From the NCBI GenBank assembly GCA_973895155.1, contig OZ316898.1, forward strand, positions 3,224,480 through 3,288,479: a stretch of DNA of 64,000 nucleotides, written 5' to 3'. Below, piece by piece: positions 36,517-50,851 of the stretch. The position numbers and the translations under genes were made by a program. The DNA comes from Marsupella aquatica. Taxonomy: Eukaryota; Plantae; Marchantiophyta. A model generated the notes under the pieces. The model ran no database searches. It saw only the letters and a list, made by a program, of their open reading frames with translations, and was not told the origin of the DNA. How positions within the stretch are numbered: the stretch's first letter is position 1; every line of letters begins with the position of its first letter.

Positions 36517-37924
36517 AGACTTCATATTGATCGCCCTAGTTTCGCTGTACTAGTCGAATAGAAGTCCGATCTGTAGGCTCTCTGGACATGAGTTAGAGTC
36601 AGTCCCAGTCCGTGCTTGTGTATAACTTGGGAAGTGACATGCAACCTTAAAAGTTCAAGAGTGCTGTTCGCAGCTCCGACATCAATTATTTGGAAGGATT
36701 TTGACACCGTTTTTGGAAGTCTCTAAAATTTTGTAGTACGTCTCCACAGTTCCCATATATGCAAAGTTTGCTTTAACTGAATGGGTCTACTGACAGATAC
36801 CATTTTCTTACGTATGAATCGTAGAACTTCCAGAAGTCCATGATAAACGTTCTCGTAGAGTGTTCTAACGTACTTGTAATGCAAATCATTATACTGGGAC
36901 TCATCCTTACGTTATGGTCCCAAAGTAAAGTTCGTTGAAATGCAGCCAATTCGTTTATTTGGAGAGAGCTGATGGTATCGATAACAACTTCTGAAGTTAT
37001 CTTGTAGGGAATCCAATATGTTGCAACCAGTGTTTTCATCTATTTTATGAAAATTTTCATACTTTTCCTCATCCTACTCACTGTGTTTGTTTGAATTTTA
37101 ATACCATGATTTTATGAAAACCTCCATAACATGAAACTGTTCACCTAGCTCTCATAATTACCATCAATTTCACACCCCAGTTTTCCAAAAATGTTACAAA
37201 ACCAGGCTCACTGACATCACAAACACTAAAACATCGGAAATCACAAACGCTGATGTCATCTCAATTAAAGTTTATAAACCCTAAACCCTAAAATCGGGAT
37301 TTCAATATCAAGTCTCATTCTCCCAAAAACATTTTCAAGTGACGTCACCCCAACCCAGGTGATGTGCTCATCTAATCTAGAATGTGAATGAGTTGAGGGT
37401 TTTATTTAGAGAAACTAATTTTACATTTTGCCCCAAATTTGCTAGATGGATATGGCAAGCAATTGAATAAACAACCTTCAGTGAGGAACTGGTTTCCCCC
37501 ATTCATTGAATATCTCAACATTATAGAATGTAGAGCCATGGCCAAATGTACCAAAAGACTTTGTTAAGTGTAGAGACTGCAAATGACCACCTATTGGTTC
37601 AATATGTAGAGTTATTTGAACACTTTGAAGATTAAGGCCATCCCATTAGACAATCCACCAAAACAAATTAACGCTATCAAATATGGGTCACAATTGGCAC
37701 AATATGTAGTGAGGACTTTTATTTGACAGAACAGTTATACCCAAAAAAATTAGGGGCCATCTAGAGGTTAGAAAATTGGAACTTCAAATATCGGCGTCCC
37801 ATCCCATTTGCCGGTTATTTTTAATGCTTTGAAAAAATAATGGCCAAACTCCTTGGCCGGAAAATAGCCATACACAGGGACACGGGCTAGAATCGGGGCT
37901 AGAATGTTTTTGACTTTCAAACAT

Positions 37925-38400
37925 GAGGTCACCCCATTGGCCAAATTTTTTTACATTTTCAAAAATGGGGCCACCTTATTGGTCAGGTGTACAATGAAAT
38001 ACTGATATCTTGCCACTCCAGTGGGTCGACATTTTACCCGCGTTTTTACACTTTCAAAATCAGGCTGGAATTTTTCACTCTTTCCAAATGGTGATAACTT
38101 GGACACTCTTGAAAACCAGGCCGGCCTCCTCATTGGCCGGACATTTGAATACTCATAAATGGGCCTCCCCATTGGCTAAGTGGAGCACCTTATTGGCCAG
38201 ACATTTCATACTCTGAAAAATGGGGCCACCTCATAAGCCGGAAATTTCATACTCTGAAAAGTGGAGTCACCTCATTGGCGGGACATTTCACACTCTTGCA
38301 AATGCAGCCACCTCATTGGTCGCACATTTCACACTCTAAAAAATGGGCCACCCCCATTGGCTGGACTTTCAACACTTTCAAAAATGGTTAGCGCCCCATT
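37925..38400. repeat. Degenerate ~40-bp tandem repeat (AAAATGGGGCCACCTCATTGGCCGGACATTTCACACTCT-like)
   Basis: About ten diverged units in succession inside the long-TIR element. Confidence 0.7.
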
Positions 38401-39643
38401 GGAAGTAACAAACACCATCAATACTCTCACCCAGCTGGCATGCATCGCATTTTCCCACTGGAGCCCCATTGATGAATACATTAAGAATGAAAATATTTCA
38501 AGTACAATAAAATAAACCATTTTCCTCATTTAATAAATAAAATTAAGCAATTATGTTCATAGCAATCAAGGTTTATACCACATCCCAAAGAAAATAGGTA
38601 AGGGCAAAAAGGGTTTTGCAAAAGATCCTTTATATAGTATGCCCCATGAGAATAGTTAATAAATTTTGGAAAGAAAACCAAAAGAGAGACCTTGGAACCC
38701 CTACTTTGTTACAAAATGGCAAGCTAAGCCTCCCAGTTTTTTTCAAAGGGCAGAAAATGAATAATATACTGACACAAATACTGTGCTTGACAATTGTTTA
38801 TGTATGCATCAACACATGGTCACTCAGCGGCATGAAAAGTTCCTATCAGCAATGTTGCTATGCCACTCTTGTAAGCAGGAAGCCCGTAGGAGATCAGTTG
38901 TTGCGTCAGCCCTAAGCTTGAATGACTAGCTATAAGACTAATTTATGCCACCTGCATATCTGCTAATGCAATGGCCTGGGATTCTGCCCTAACAATAAGC
39001 TCACCGCCTTGCCTATCAGTGTGACGATGATGATGTAGAAGTAGCTACTGCTCAACATTCTCTTGTAAACCCCCAGCGAAACCTTCTGTCTTGTTTCCTC
39101 AATAAGGACCAATAATTGATCCTTTCGCCATCAAATTTCTGGCTCTTGTATGAGAATGACTTTCTACACTTTCCTACACTTAGATTGCTTAAAGGTTTCC
39201 TCCGTAGCAACATGAGGTCTAGAACCAAGCTCATTCAGAGAAGAACAACTCAAAGCCACAAAAGTAGATTACATCCAAAAAACCTGTTACTATGATTCAA
39301 TTTGCAAGGGCACTTAAAGACTTCATAATCCAAGTAGTTGTATCCAGGGCGTGCCATATTAAAAAAGTTACAAACAAACAACAAACTCCACAACAAACAA
39401 CAAACTTCACAAAACCATCTGTCAGGATGCCAGGAACAACATTGGTCCCACCTAGCAAAATTGAAAGAGAATAGTGAATAGAACCAAAAACAGAGCCCAC
39501 ATAATAGTTCCCAAATTAAATTGAACACACCTCACAGTACACAGAATAGAACAGAGAATCAACCAGGATGAGAGGCAAAGGTTAAACAAGGTTAAGGAAC
39601 CAGCCTGCCCAAATAAGAGCAAACTACTGACTGCTAGGGTTGC

Positions 39644-40090
39644 CACTAGTAGAAAATGGGGCCTTTTATGACTATGACACATATGACTATGACACATATG
39701 ACTTATGTGCCCAAATGATAAAATATGTCAATGAAATAACATAAATGACATTTAAATAATTGTCTAAAATGATGGGGTGCAAAAAATGACTAATAAATTT
39801 TGCATTAGTGTCATTTAAACCAATGAGGCAAATGACTTTGACTGCTATAATGACAACAATCATGAGTTGTAGTCATTTTGAACAGTCTTTGTGAATCAGT
39901 CAATAGACAAAAACTTGGTCATATCAGTGTTTTACATGTGTGAAGTCATTTCAGACGATGGTGACTAATGACTAATAAATCAAATATACAAATATTAGTG
40001 TTTAAAAATGTTACTAGTCATTTAAACTAAAAGTGATAAATGACATGATAAACAACATGATAAACAACATATGACTATTTTGAGGTTTAT
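39644..40090 (+). mobile_element. Probable CACTA (En/Spm) terminus with ATGAC-rich subterminal repeats, nested and truncated
   Basis: CACTAGTAGAAAA at 39644 is followed by dense direct and inverted ATGAC/GTCAT motifs; the matching right TIR was not found. Confidence 0.55.
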
Positions 40091-40299
40091 GGTTTAGTAT
40101 ATGTTATTAGGGTTTAATTAGCCATCCAAAATGCATGGTAACACATATAAAGACAGTTAGTGGCACTCACATATTAGATTTGAAATAAATTTAGAGACCT
40201 AACAAGCCTTCTTTTGTTGTGAGTCTCATCATTGAATTGATGTACAACTTAAAGGCTTGATAATCTGTAATAAATATGTTCGGGATTGACACAAAGAAA

Positions 40300-42170
40300 A
40301 AGACACAAAAATAAGTCATTGATGATGTCAATGCGGCAGTCAAGCATGCCATGGACAATATGACCGTGGAGCCTCTAGGGGCTTATTTGCAATATCCGTG
40401 ATCGTAGCTGCCCATTAGGGATGCTACCCACTCCACATGGTGTGGGATGGGGTACTTCACAACCCTGGGCCACTAGTTATGCCACTTGGCCTCCACAAAA
40501 CTTTTTAAAACATACATTTTACATCATGGAAGGGCGTCACCCAACTTTGGGAAAAACACTCCCAAGTTGTATGACTTTGGAGTCATTTGCCCAAATGAGT
40601 GCCAACAACCCCCATTTGGTCATTTGCAAGGGATCTTGAGTCATTATTGTGCGTGACTAAAGGTTTTCGTCATTTAGAGAGTGTCAGGAGACGTCATTCA
40701 TGCAAATGACAAAAATATGAGTCATTCATGATGTCAATGTTGCAGTCATGCATGCCATGGACAATATGACTCATTGGGGCCTCTAGGGGCTATTTCTCGA
40801 TATCCGTGATTGTAGGCGGCCATTAGGGATGCTACCCACTCCACATGGTGTGGGATACGGTACTCGTACACCCTAGGCCAGTCACTAGTTATGCCAATTT
40901 GACCTCGCAATAATTTCATGACCCAAGTTTTGCACCTTGGAAGGGCATCACCCTGTTGAACTATGACGTCTTTCGTAACCACCATACAACCATGACTCAT
41001 TTCATGCACACGTAGTCGACACAATCTCTACGTGGTTCACCTCTTCTCTAAGGCTACGTCCACTCAAACACTCAAGCTTTACTTCAAGAGTAGACGAACA
41101 CACATGCTCCCCCTCTTCCTCAAGTTGCTCCATTACAATGAGTAAGCACCACCACACCAGCGGCTTACACTAGCCTTGGTATATACAAGGTCACACACGA
41201 CTAACCTAACCTCAGCTAAGACCCTAACTGTGGTTAGCCTAAGTGCCTCTAGGGGCTTATTTTCAATATCCGTGATCGTAATCGGCCATTAGGGATACTA
41301 CCCACTCCACATGGTGCGGGATGGGGTACTTCACAACCCTGGGCCACTAGTAATGCCACTTGGCCTCCACAACACTTTTAAAACATACATTTTACATCAT
41401 GGAAGAGCGTCACCCAACTTTGGGAAAAACACTCCCAAGTTCTATGACTTTGGAGTCAATTTGCCCAAAGGGATGCAAACAACCCCCATTCGATCATTTG
41501 CAAGGGATCTAGAGTCATTAGTGTGTGTGACTAAAGGTTTTCGTCATTTGGAGAGTGCCGAGAGATATCATTCATGTAAATGACAGAAATATGAGTCATT
41601 CATGATGTCAATGTTGCATTTCATGCATGTCATGGACAATATGACTCATTGGGGCCTCTAGGGGCTGTTTCTCAATATCCGTGATCATAGCCAGCCATTA
41701 GGGATGCTACCCACTCCACATGGTGCGGGATAGGGTACTCTTGAACCCTGTGCCACTAGTTATGCCAATTTGGCCCCGCAATACTTTTCATGACCCAAGT
41801 TTTGCACCTTGGAAGGACATCACCCAACTTTGGGCAAAACACTCCCAAGTTGTATGACTTTGGAGTCATTTTCCCAAAGGGCTGCAAACAACCCCCATTC
41901 AGTCATTTGCAAGGGATCTTGAGACATTAGTGTCTATTCATGACTAAGGGTTTTGTCATTTGCGTAGTGGACCATAAGACGTCATTTAAACATGACACAA
42001 AAATAAGTCATTGATGATGTCAATGCGGTAGTCAGACATGCCATTGACAATACGACTTGTTGGGGGCTCGGGCAGATGATTGGCCATATTGGTCATGAAT
42101 AGGGCCCCGCTGTTAAGGACGCTACCCACGGTGCGGGACAGGGTACTTGTCAACCCTAAGCCACCATTTG
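40300..42170. repeat. ~405-410-bp tandem repeat (about 4-5 full or partial units) interrupted by a ~290-bp unrelated segment at ~40955-41245
   Basis: GCCTCTAGGGGC..ATATCCGTGAT..GCTACCCACTCCACATGGTG recurs near 40370, 40780, 41246 and 41654, with a degenerate copy near 42100. Confidence 0.85.
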
Positions 42171-45100
42171 TGGAGTGCCCATGTGATGCCTAGCTAGGAA
42201 TCACTAGGCCTGGATGTAAAATGGTAAAACCGGGTGGTATACACTAAAACCATTAGTATAAGAAGGAAAAACAAGAAAATATAAACAATTAAGGGTATCC
42301 ATGGAACTTGAGCCGAGGCCAGGAGTAATGGTGCAACGGCAACCAGGGGACACGATTAGGGTTAGGGTATGCTAAGTACCGGCGGCTGCAGGTAAACTAT
42401 GACCAGTCAGGCAACGACAGGCCGGAGGGGGGTAAGGGATGTTTACCAAGGGTGACGGCTCATTCGCGAGCACTGATCGAGCAGATTGCGAGAAGAAGCC
42501 AACGATTGTCACTTGCTTAGGTAAACACTGTGGGTGGAAGCAGATACCAAGCATCGACACGAGGTGGGAATGAGCAACGTCAACCAAACTGCACATTTCT
42601 GGGGATGCCTGTTCAAACGGGCAACTGAGTATGTCATTGGCATGTATACGAGGACGAGGACGAGGTGGTCATTTGCAGCCTCTACACCTAACAAAGGCTT
42701 TTGGTACAATTGGCCATGGCCCTACATTCTATAATGTTGAGATATCAATGAATGGGGGAAAACCAGTTCCTCAAGGTTGTTTATTCAACTGCTTGCCATA
42801 TCCATCTAGCAAATTTGGGGCAAAATGTAAAATTGAGATGAGCTCTAGATAAAACACTCAACTCATTCACATTCTAGATTAGATGAGCACATCACCTGTA
42901 TTGGGGTGAGGTCACTTGAAAATGTTTTTGGGAGAATGAGACTTGATATTGAAATCCCGATTGAAAGTTTATAAACTTTATTTGAGATGACATCATCATT
43001 TGTGATTTCAGCTGTTTTAGTGTTTGTGATGTCAGTGAGCCTGGTTTTGTAGCATTTTTGGAAAACTGGGGTGCGAAATTGATGGTAATTATGAGAGTTA
43101 GGTGAACAGTTTCATGTTATGGAGGTTTTCATAAAATCATGGTGAAATTCAAACAAAAATGAGTAATATGAGGACAAGTATGAAAATTTTCACAAAATAG
43201 ATGAAAACACGGGTTGCAACATATTGGATTCCCTAATCTTGTCTTATTAACACAAGACAAAAATTGAGTGAACGGGTTTTCAAACTATGACTGTACGGTA
43301 GTTTAACGAGTAATTTATAATGTGTTAGTCTAAGTTAAATTGAGCACTTGGTGGTTCTATATTGGAATATTGCTTGAAAGTATATAAACTCTCAAATATG
43401 ACCTCTTTCGATCATTCCTGTATTACCACCAAATAACTCACTTTTTCAGAACTCTAGCGTTGAATTCTGCAGACAAAAACATAACTTATGCCCAAGATTA
43501 CTACCCCTAATATAGTCCCCAAACAAATCTTGATGGAAAACTGGTAGGGTTACTATGCATTCTGAGAGCACTAGTACCGTGTGCACTATTATAGGGCATG
43601 AGCGCCATGTCCTTTAATTCTGGCTGAGGTATAATTGTATAATGTGAGCACACAGGAAATTTGATAGCAAGGAGAATGTTCTTAGCAAAACACTAGTCAT
43701 TCTAAATTTCTTTTGCCTTTTACCTAACACAACCCCCAAAAGTTGGGAATTAAAACATTAAAATTAAATTACAAAAAATAGGTTGGGAATTAAAACATTC
43801 TTTGAGGAGGGGTGTGAAGACAAACCAGTGACCTTTCTTCCAACACTACACCCCTAGTATTGTGTTCAAACCTATTTAAGCAGTATGTGATTCAAAATGA
43901 GTTGCCATGTAAAAAAATAGACACCTCAGTCTTGCTAACTAAGATAACATTCCATTAACAATTTTGTCAAAGGAAATTGCACAGAGGAGCATGTATCCAC
44001 AAAAGAAGTCCGCATGGTTTTAATTACTGTATCACCCTATTCATTAAAAGTGTATTTTATTTTGTTCACTTTTAGGCCTCTAAATGTTCACTATTTGGTC
44101 TCTATATGTACACTTTTTAAACCCAAAAGGTACACTATGGTAGAATACTCCACACCTAAATGATCAATTGTAAACTTGAGGTGACAAAAATGATCTTGAC
44201 TAGAAGGAGTTTCATCTTAGTTCATTTACAAAGGATGAACATGGTGTTACATGTGATGGCCATCAACTTTGTTTCTTGCCTAATTGTACATTTTTTGAAG
44301 GCCAAATGTACACTTTCTATTGCCCAAATGTTCATAAATTCAATAATAATTCACTTTTAATGAATAGATTGATCTGTTACTAGTCCCCAAATGATATTCT
44401 TGGTTCATGATTGAAACCATCCTTGGCAAATGCTTTTGCGGAAGTCTTTCATTATTTAGTCTTTCATAAATGAAAGAATTTGAACATCTGATAATGAAAT
44501 ACAATGCCCAAACTGTCCCTATTAATCATGGTCCAATCAAGACCAATGAAATAGGATCAGAGTACAATCAAGTTCATCCATGCTAGGCTAGTGTACTCAG
44601 AGCACGTTTTTCTTTGAGCATGTTGTGAGTACTAAGTTCTTTAAAGTAACATGGGTGAATCCATATCTAAGCCACTAGTTCAGGCCAGGAGTGTGTCCCC
44701 TAAAGGATGGAGAGACCAGTGTAGACCAAAAGAGGCACACAGCTTGCCTTTATGTCAAGATCCAACATTTTTTCAATCAGTATTTTAAATAATTTTGTCA
44801 GACCAGAAGGTTGTTAATTTGGTCCTGACCTGGTGCACTCTTAAAGGCGGGGTTAAGGTGAACCAAAAAATTAAAGAAAACAATGGGTTTTGCGGGACAC
44901 CCACCCCACTTCCTCAAAATTTGGCTACAGTGCCTTTAATTCTATTTTTGATTCTATTTAAACGATGGGAAGGAACCTTAGCCACCCTGGCGTCTGTCCA
45001 TAATACAGGCAAAAGATTTGAGGTTGTAGAAGTCTCAAATCACCTATTATACTTTGTTGTTAAAGTCTATCATACATGACCAACTCCATAAAGTGACTCA

Positions 45101-46169
45101 AGCCATTAGCCATAATTCTCTGGTAATAGATCAAAAATATCAGTATTAAGCTAAGTTTGTGAATAAGGAGGGGTTTGGAGACTCTAGGTACAGCCTGGAG
45201 GAGTCCTTCCTGTGCATGGGAATTAGGGCTAGATAGTATTTCAAAAGAAGAATCCAACCCACTGCCCTTAGAGGCAAAAATCACTCTCAGTGCCGGAGAC
45301 ACTCATACGGAGCCATCAAGAATGACCAGGGCAGGGCATGAACAAGTAGGTCGGCAGCCTACCATCTTCCCAGTCCAATCAGGATGTACTACTAACTGGC
45401 CACCATAATATTTTGAATAGGGTAACATCACGGTTAGAGGGCATGGTGAGATACAATACCTCCAAACTAAGTACTTTAGCGCAATTTAATTTTGAGTACA
45501 CATTATGGTCCCACAATGCATCTAATAGAACATTGACTTACATGGAAACTTGAGTGGCCTTTAGAAAGGAACAAAATGAAGGCAAAATCCTTGGCATTAA
45601 GGTCTGATGCAATAGTAAGTGTTAAAAAAAGAAGCAGTTAAAATGCTCAGTTAAACCATGCTAAGATTTTGGCACAGGTATTGATCATCCACTACAATGC
45701 CCCTCTCATAAGACTTAATACCTTTCTCCTTTCTTCACACTTGAGGACAATTAAACCCTACTTCCTGCAAGTTCAAAGTGTACTTTCTTTACCAAGCTAG
45801 TACAAGGAGAATAAAAAATCTCAAAATGCCCTTGGAGTGCCTCAGTACGAGGTATTCTCATCCAGAAAGTATATATATAGAAGTAAATATACAAAGAGAA
45901 AAAATCTTGCAGGGATCTAGTTACTCGTCCTGGGTTATACATACCTAGAGTCATGGGGATCATTAGCGCTTGTCAAATTTTTGACACTGCTATATGGTGA
46001 ATCTAACTCTCATGTTTTGTCTTATTCATATTTGTGTATCATGAATTTTTATTTGAATGTACCTTAACAAGGGGCATTCTTTGTATCACATAGACTTTTA
46101 ATCCATTTTTGGACCCCTTTAAATTTTTGGTATCCTATAGTATTTTGAATTTATTTTGGCAGCCCCTTA

Positions 46170-46320
46170 GTTTTTAAACTTTGTTAAGTCATAGAGAGAA
46201 ACTAAGCGCTTCATTTTCTACCGCTTTTAAGTATACTCATGAGTGTTTTTAAACTTTGTTAAGTCATAGAGAGAAACTAAGCGCTTCATTTTCTACCGCT
46301 TTTAAGTATACTCATAAGTG
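46170..46320. repeat. ~75-bp direct tandem duplication
   Basis: TTTTTAAACTTTGTTAAGTCATAGAGAGAAACTAAGCGC...GTATACTCAT occurs twice. Confidence 0.85.
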
Positions 46321-47860
46321 AGAGGAATGATTCTAAATAATGTCAGCACATCCTGTCTTAAGCTCCCCTTGTGGTTTTCTTTCCTAAGTTTATGGTTTTA
46401 ATTGAAATGAGAGTCATCAATAAGACACATTGAAGTACGTGCACAACTCGTAACATCTTTGTGTCATAAAATTTAATTGTACTTTCCGTTGGTCACTATG
46501 TGCTTTTATTGCATGTGTTTTATTTATATTATTTGATCTCATTCACATTTAATATGTATTCTAGTCTTACTCTCTAATTTTGTCCACTTAATATCACTAC
46601 CAGACAAAAAGTAAAGCATGTTCCAGGATGAGCATGCTATATATCAAAGCAGAGCCATCAGTCGCAGCCAAAGACAGAACTCAATATTATGGCCAGGCTA
46701 TAACTGCTTACGGCGTGGGGTATTTGTTGGCTCCATTGGGCCCTTGTCTTGTAGGGGGTGATCTTGTGATCTGTTAGGCTTTTGGCACTTTGGCATAGGT
46801 TGGAGGGCATTCTGGCCCTTCGCCTTGTTTTGCTGTTTTGGCCTGCTAGTATTCATGGCCTCTAAAACTAAGGTTCTTCTTAAAAACAAACAAAACCAAA
46901 CAAAAAAATGGCTGATGGCCAAGTTATGCAACGTGCTTTGACATCAGCCATAAGAAAAAATAAATCTCAATCACACTATCCACGTACAGGTTATTTTATT
47001 TCACTTATTTTTTACCTGTGTCTTTATTTATTTCATTGAAGTGTTGTGTCTCAGTTTTCCTATGTTTTTACAATTAGAGACTCTAAGTGTTCTAAGGTTT
47101 TTACAATTAGAGAGTCTGATTGTTCCAATGTTTTTACAATTCTAAGAGAGTCTAAGTTTCCTTGCTTCTCAAACACAAATAGTCACATGCATGTTGGGTT
47201 CTTGTATTATTAATCATTCTTGTTTGTGAACAATAGTGCTCATGTGGCTACAAGTGCTTCTCAGGAAGATTTTGCAAATAGTTTAAGACTATGGAGTCAG
47301 TAATTACATCCCATTCTGACTCATACAATGGGCAGTTGAAACTAGCGACTAATGAATAAATGTAGATCACATACTTTTCTTACAGGGTCCATATATATCA
47401 CCTCGCTCCTCAAGTCACAGCCAGAACTATACTGTTTACCATAGTTAGTCTTGCTAACACTAATTGTGTAGCTCGGAAAAATTTGAATCCCTCTTGAAAT
47501 AGTCTTACTAACACTAAATCTGTGATTCAATTATGGAAATCAACGCACATTCTTTATGGAGTGGCTATTGATAAACTAACACGGTAAACAGTATAGGGGT
47601 CAAACCTAGAGCCTATTTTTCAAGATTTTCTGTTTTTAGCCAGATCCTACCAAATGTTAGCTCTAAGGGAGGAGATGCTAAGAATATTTTTTATCAAGTT
47701 TTATTATATTATATACTCAGAGTCAGATATCTCTAGATTTATGGACTAACCCATATCTCTAGATTTATAAATTAACCCTTTCATTATGGCAAATGGGATC
47801 TATGATTTGGTGTGAAAGTGGCTAATGACATACAAAGACTCTAGCTAATTTTAGTCAAAA

Positions 47861-48720
47861 GTGGTGAATTCTTTTGGCGAACACTTTTTGGGGGAGAGGT
47901 CTGGGGTCTCGCATCAACGTATTGGGCGGCTGGTTGGCCTCTTACAGATTTTGCTGCAGCACGAATGGAAGGATGGCACCCCATTCCTGGAAACCAACAC
48001 TGCTCATCTACGGGAGATTCAGGGCCCACTGCGAACCACGACACATAAGGCTCTCCGGAAGTGGGCTGAACGCTTGAATTGGAGCCCAAACCTGAAATTG
48101 TTGTGGGCTAATACTTGGCTACCCTTTCGTGCAGCGGCAGAAAACTGTTTCTTATGGCAGCTTATTTATCGGATCCCGGCTACCTAGCATTGGAGGATGC
48201 CGACACTGCCAACAACAAACCCACTAACCTGGTGCACCCGATGTGATCTCAATATACAGGAGGATCTAATACATTGTCTTTGGAGCTGCCCCATTTCTTC
48301 ATCCGTCTGGCGTTGGGTACAGTTCATCCTACATAGTGCATCCTCCAAAGGAATTCAACCATCTATCTGTAGGCTACACACATTTTTTTGGGTGCCCCCC
48401 TCCTGGATGTTTGGGACACTCTTAAACTTTGGCATACTTTGCGGGCCATTGTTGCTTGGATCCTTTGGAAGGATAGGAGTTCACATTTCATTGAGCATAC
48501 TCGTTCGTGTGACCAAGTGGTCATCCGAAGATCCTGGCACCGCCTGGGGATTTACATCCGAAGAGACTGGGCCAAACAGCAATTCAAAATTAAGACCGGT
48601 AAAACCTCTTTAGGCGAAGCCAGCAATTACATGGCCCTCAACTATGGATCTTGGGATGGATTGTGGGAAATCCATAGCGATACCCTACAAGTACCGCCAG
48701 TGCCACCCCGTCCCCCATGA
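47861..48720 (+). mobile_element. 5'-truncated, degenerate LINE (L1-like) ORF2 C-terminus with zf-RVT zinc-binding region
   Basis: LWANTW..ENCFLWQLIYRIPAT, stop, WCTRCD..EDLIHCLWSCP..VW, then a frameshifted ..WILWKDRS.. segment. This is the typical L1 ORF2 tail. Confidence 0.8.
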
Positions 48721-50851
48721 TTTAGGTGTTGGAGTCAGGAGTAGAAGCTTGACTGCAGGCTAGACTGATATTGTTTTACTTTATCACGGACCCACTGTTG
48801 GGTGCCATGCCGGCACTCCTCACTGGCCGGTCTTTGGGGTGTGCCGCTCCTTCTGTAGTAGTTAAATTTCTGGTTTGGCTCCCTTCGTGCTGGGCCTGCT
48901 TCTCTTTTGGTGCCGGCCTCTCCGGTCTCATGGGCAGCTCGACCTTTGGTCCCCCCTGGGTGCCGACCCCCTTTTGTGGGCCACCCCCTTTTGTATGCTG
49001 GCTTTTTGGATGAATTTCAAATTGTTTTTTCGAGGCAAAAACACTTTTGGGGGGAGGTGAAATTTGGCCAAAATTCTCACCTAAAATAAGCTGCTCATAG
49101 ATGTACCTTTTGGCTCCTACAGAGCTTCGTCACTTGTAAGTTTCTATTTCTCTAATATATATGTGCCAAGTCAATAAGCTGAGTTTAGTCAATCCTTGCC
49201 TTGATCTGGTGACAGTGTTTCGACTCCGATAGCTACGCGTCGACCGTCCAGTTCGAATCCCTCGTCCAAGATGACCTGCTCTGCGAAATGAATCGGGTCG
49301 AAGGTCAGCAATTCAGTCAATTCCAGCCGCCTGGCCTGAGAAGCTGCTATTCTTGCTGACTGGAGCACTTTTTCGAGGAATGAGGTCTCAAACGATGCTG
49401 TACTAAAATTCCTCGATCTGACCGCAAATGCTCGATCTCACTCTGCGCTGAGGCTCTGGCCATATTCTCCACCCTCGGCTAGGACAAAGGGTTCACGGGG
49501 TTGTAGTACGGGGGTGAAACAATTTGGTATGCGTGACAATCGGCATTGAGCGAGGCCTACAGTGTCTTCACTGGAATGCAATCATGGGAAATTAAAAGTA
49601 GCGTTTCGATAAACCGAAGTAATTGCTTTGTGGAACATGGTAGAGTCTAGCTCGAGAAGCTACCTCCGATGAAATTGCAGATGAAGTCCGATAATTAAAC
49701 TATGCACCTTCTGGAAATTCAAGATCAGACAAGTAAGCTAGGCTGATGCTTTCCGGAATTTTCGCAGACACAATCTCTAATGATTGCCTCTGTCCCGGAA
49801 ATTGGAAGTGCAAGTAAAGTGCTGTTGGATACGGGGTTGGATACAGATCGATGGAAAACGGTTGTAGAATAGTGCTTTAGTAGGTACTGAAAATGCGTGC
49901 TTTGCAGCTAACAAGCTAGAGGCATGAAATCCATATATATAAAGGCTGTAGATACCTCTGTATTCAATCATCACCTGTCATCTTTCCACTAAAATATTAC
50001 AATTAGATGTCCAACGGAACATGGGGCTGCATCTCCAATTATATAAGTTCTATGCTGGCCTGTAAGAGAGCAGCTACCTACTACTGTCGCAACCTACTTC
50101 TTGGTGAAGATTACCAGTGTTACCATGATTGACAGACAGTTGGCTCGTCTTGAAGCTTTCCACTGAAATAATTAATTTTAGAGCCGACGAGAGAAAAAGT
50201 TATCCAGATTGACAGCAAATTTGCTACCTTTTTTGTGTAACATTACAATGTCGGATCAAAATGGTACACCGTACGTCCATATTCACAGTTTATCTACCGA
50301 CGACTATCTATATATTTTGGGTACAAGTGGCACTATTGTACCTGCTGCAACTTGAAATGATTATCAGTTCCATGTATATTGCATTCCTGCAAGTCAATCA
50401 AGTCTCAGCAAGCAGGCATCAAAATTTAATAATGCAAGGCACATGCATGTGACACAGACAGGGCACCGACGATCAGAGTACGTGACAATTGATGTGTAAC
50501 TTGTGCTCTTGAATGGGGTCCCATTTTATGTATCTCAAGTGGCAACACTGCAAATATAGCTCAAATCCGACATCCAAACTTGAATTTCAACTCGGATTCG
50601 GTCGATGAACGTCGTGCTACTCCGCTCATGATCGATTTGCATTTGATCAAATTTCGTCAATGAATGTGTGAACCTGTTTTATTAAGTGTAGGCAAAAAAT
50701 CAGTTTCCCTTCTTGGATTTCGGGAAATTTAATGAGAAACATGACGGGTTTAGTTCTCAAATCTGAACAAGTGATACATATTCTAGTCTGTACATGGTCG
50801 ACTGATATGAGACCCTATTTGGCAACTACGTACTGAGCTAACAAAAATTGA

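Larger units (their letters stand above)
37005..43235. mobile_element. Non-autonomous DNA transposon with ~580-bp terminal inverted repeats (foldback/MULE-like), ~6.2 kb
   Basis: 37005-37592 is the reverse complement of 42663-43235 (TAGGGAATCCAATATGTTGCAACC... / ...GGTTGCAACATATTGGATTCCCTA). Flanked by the direct repeat ATCTTG. No transposase ORF seen inside. Confidence 0.88.
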
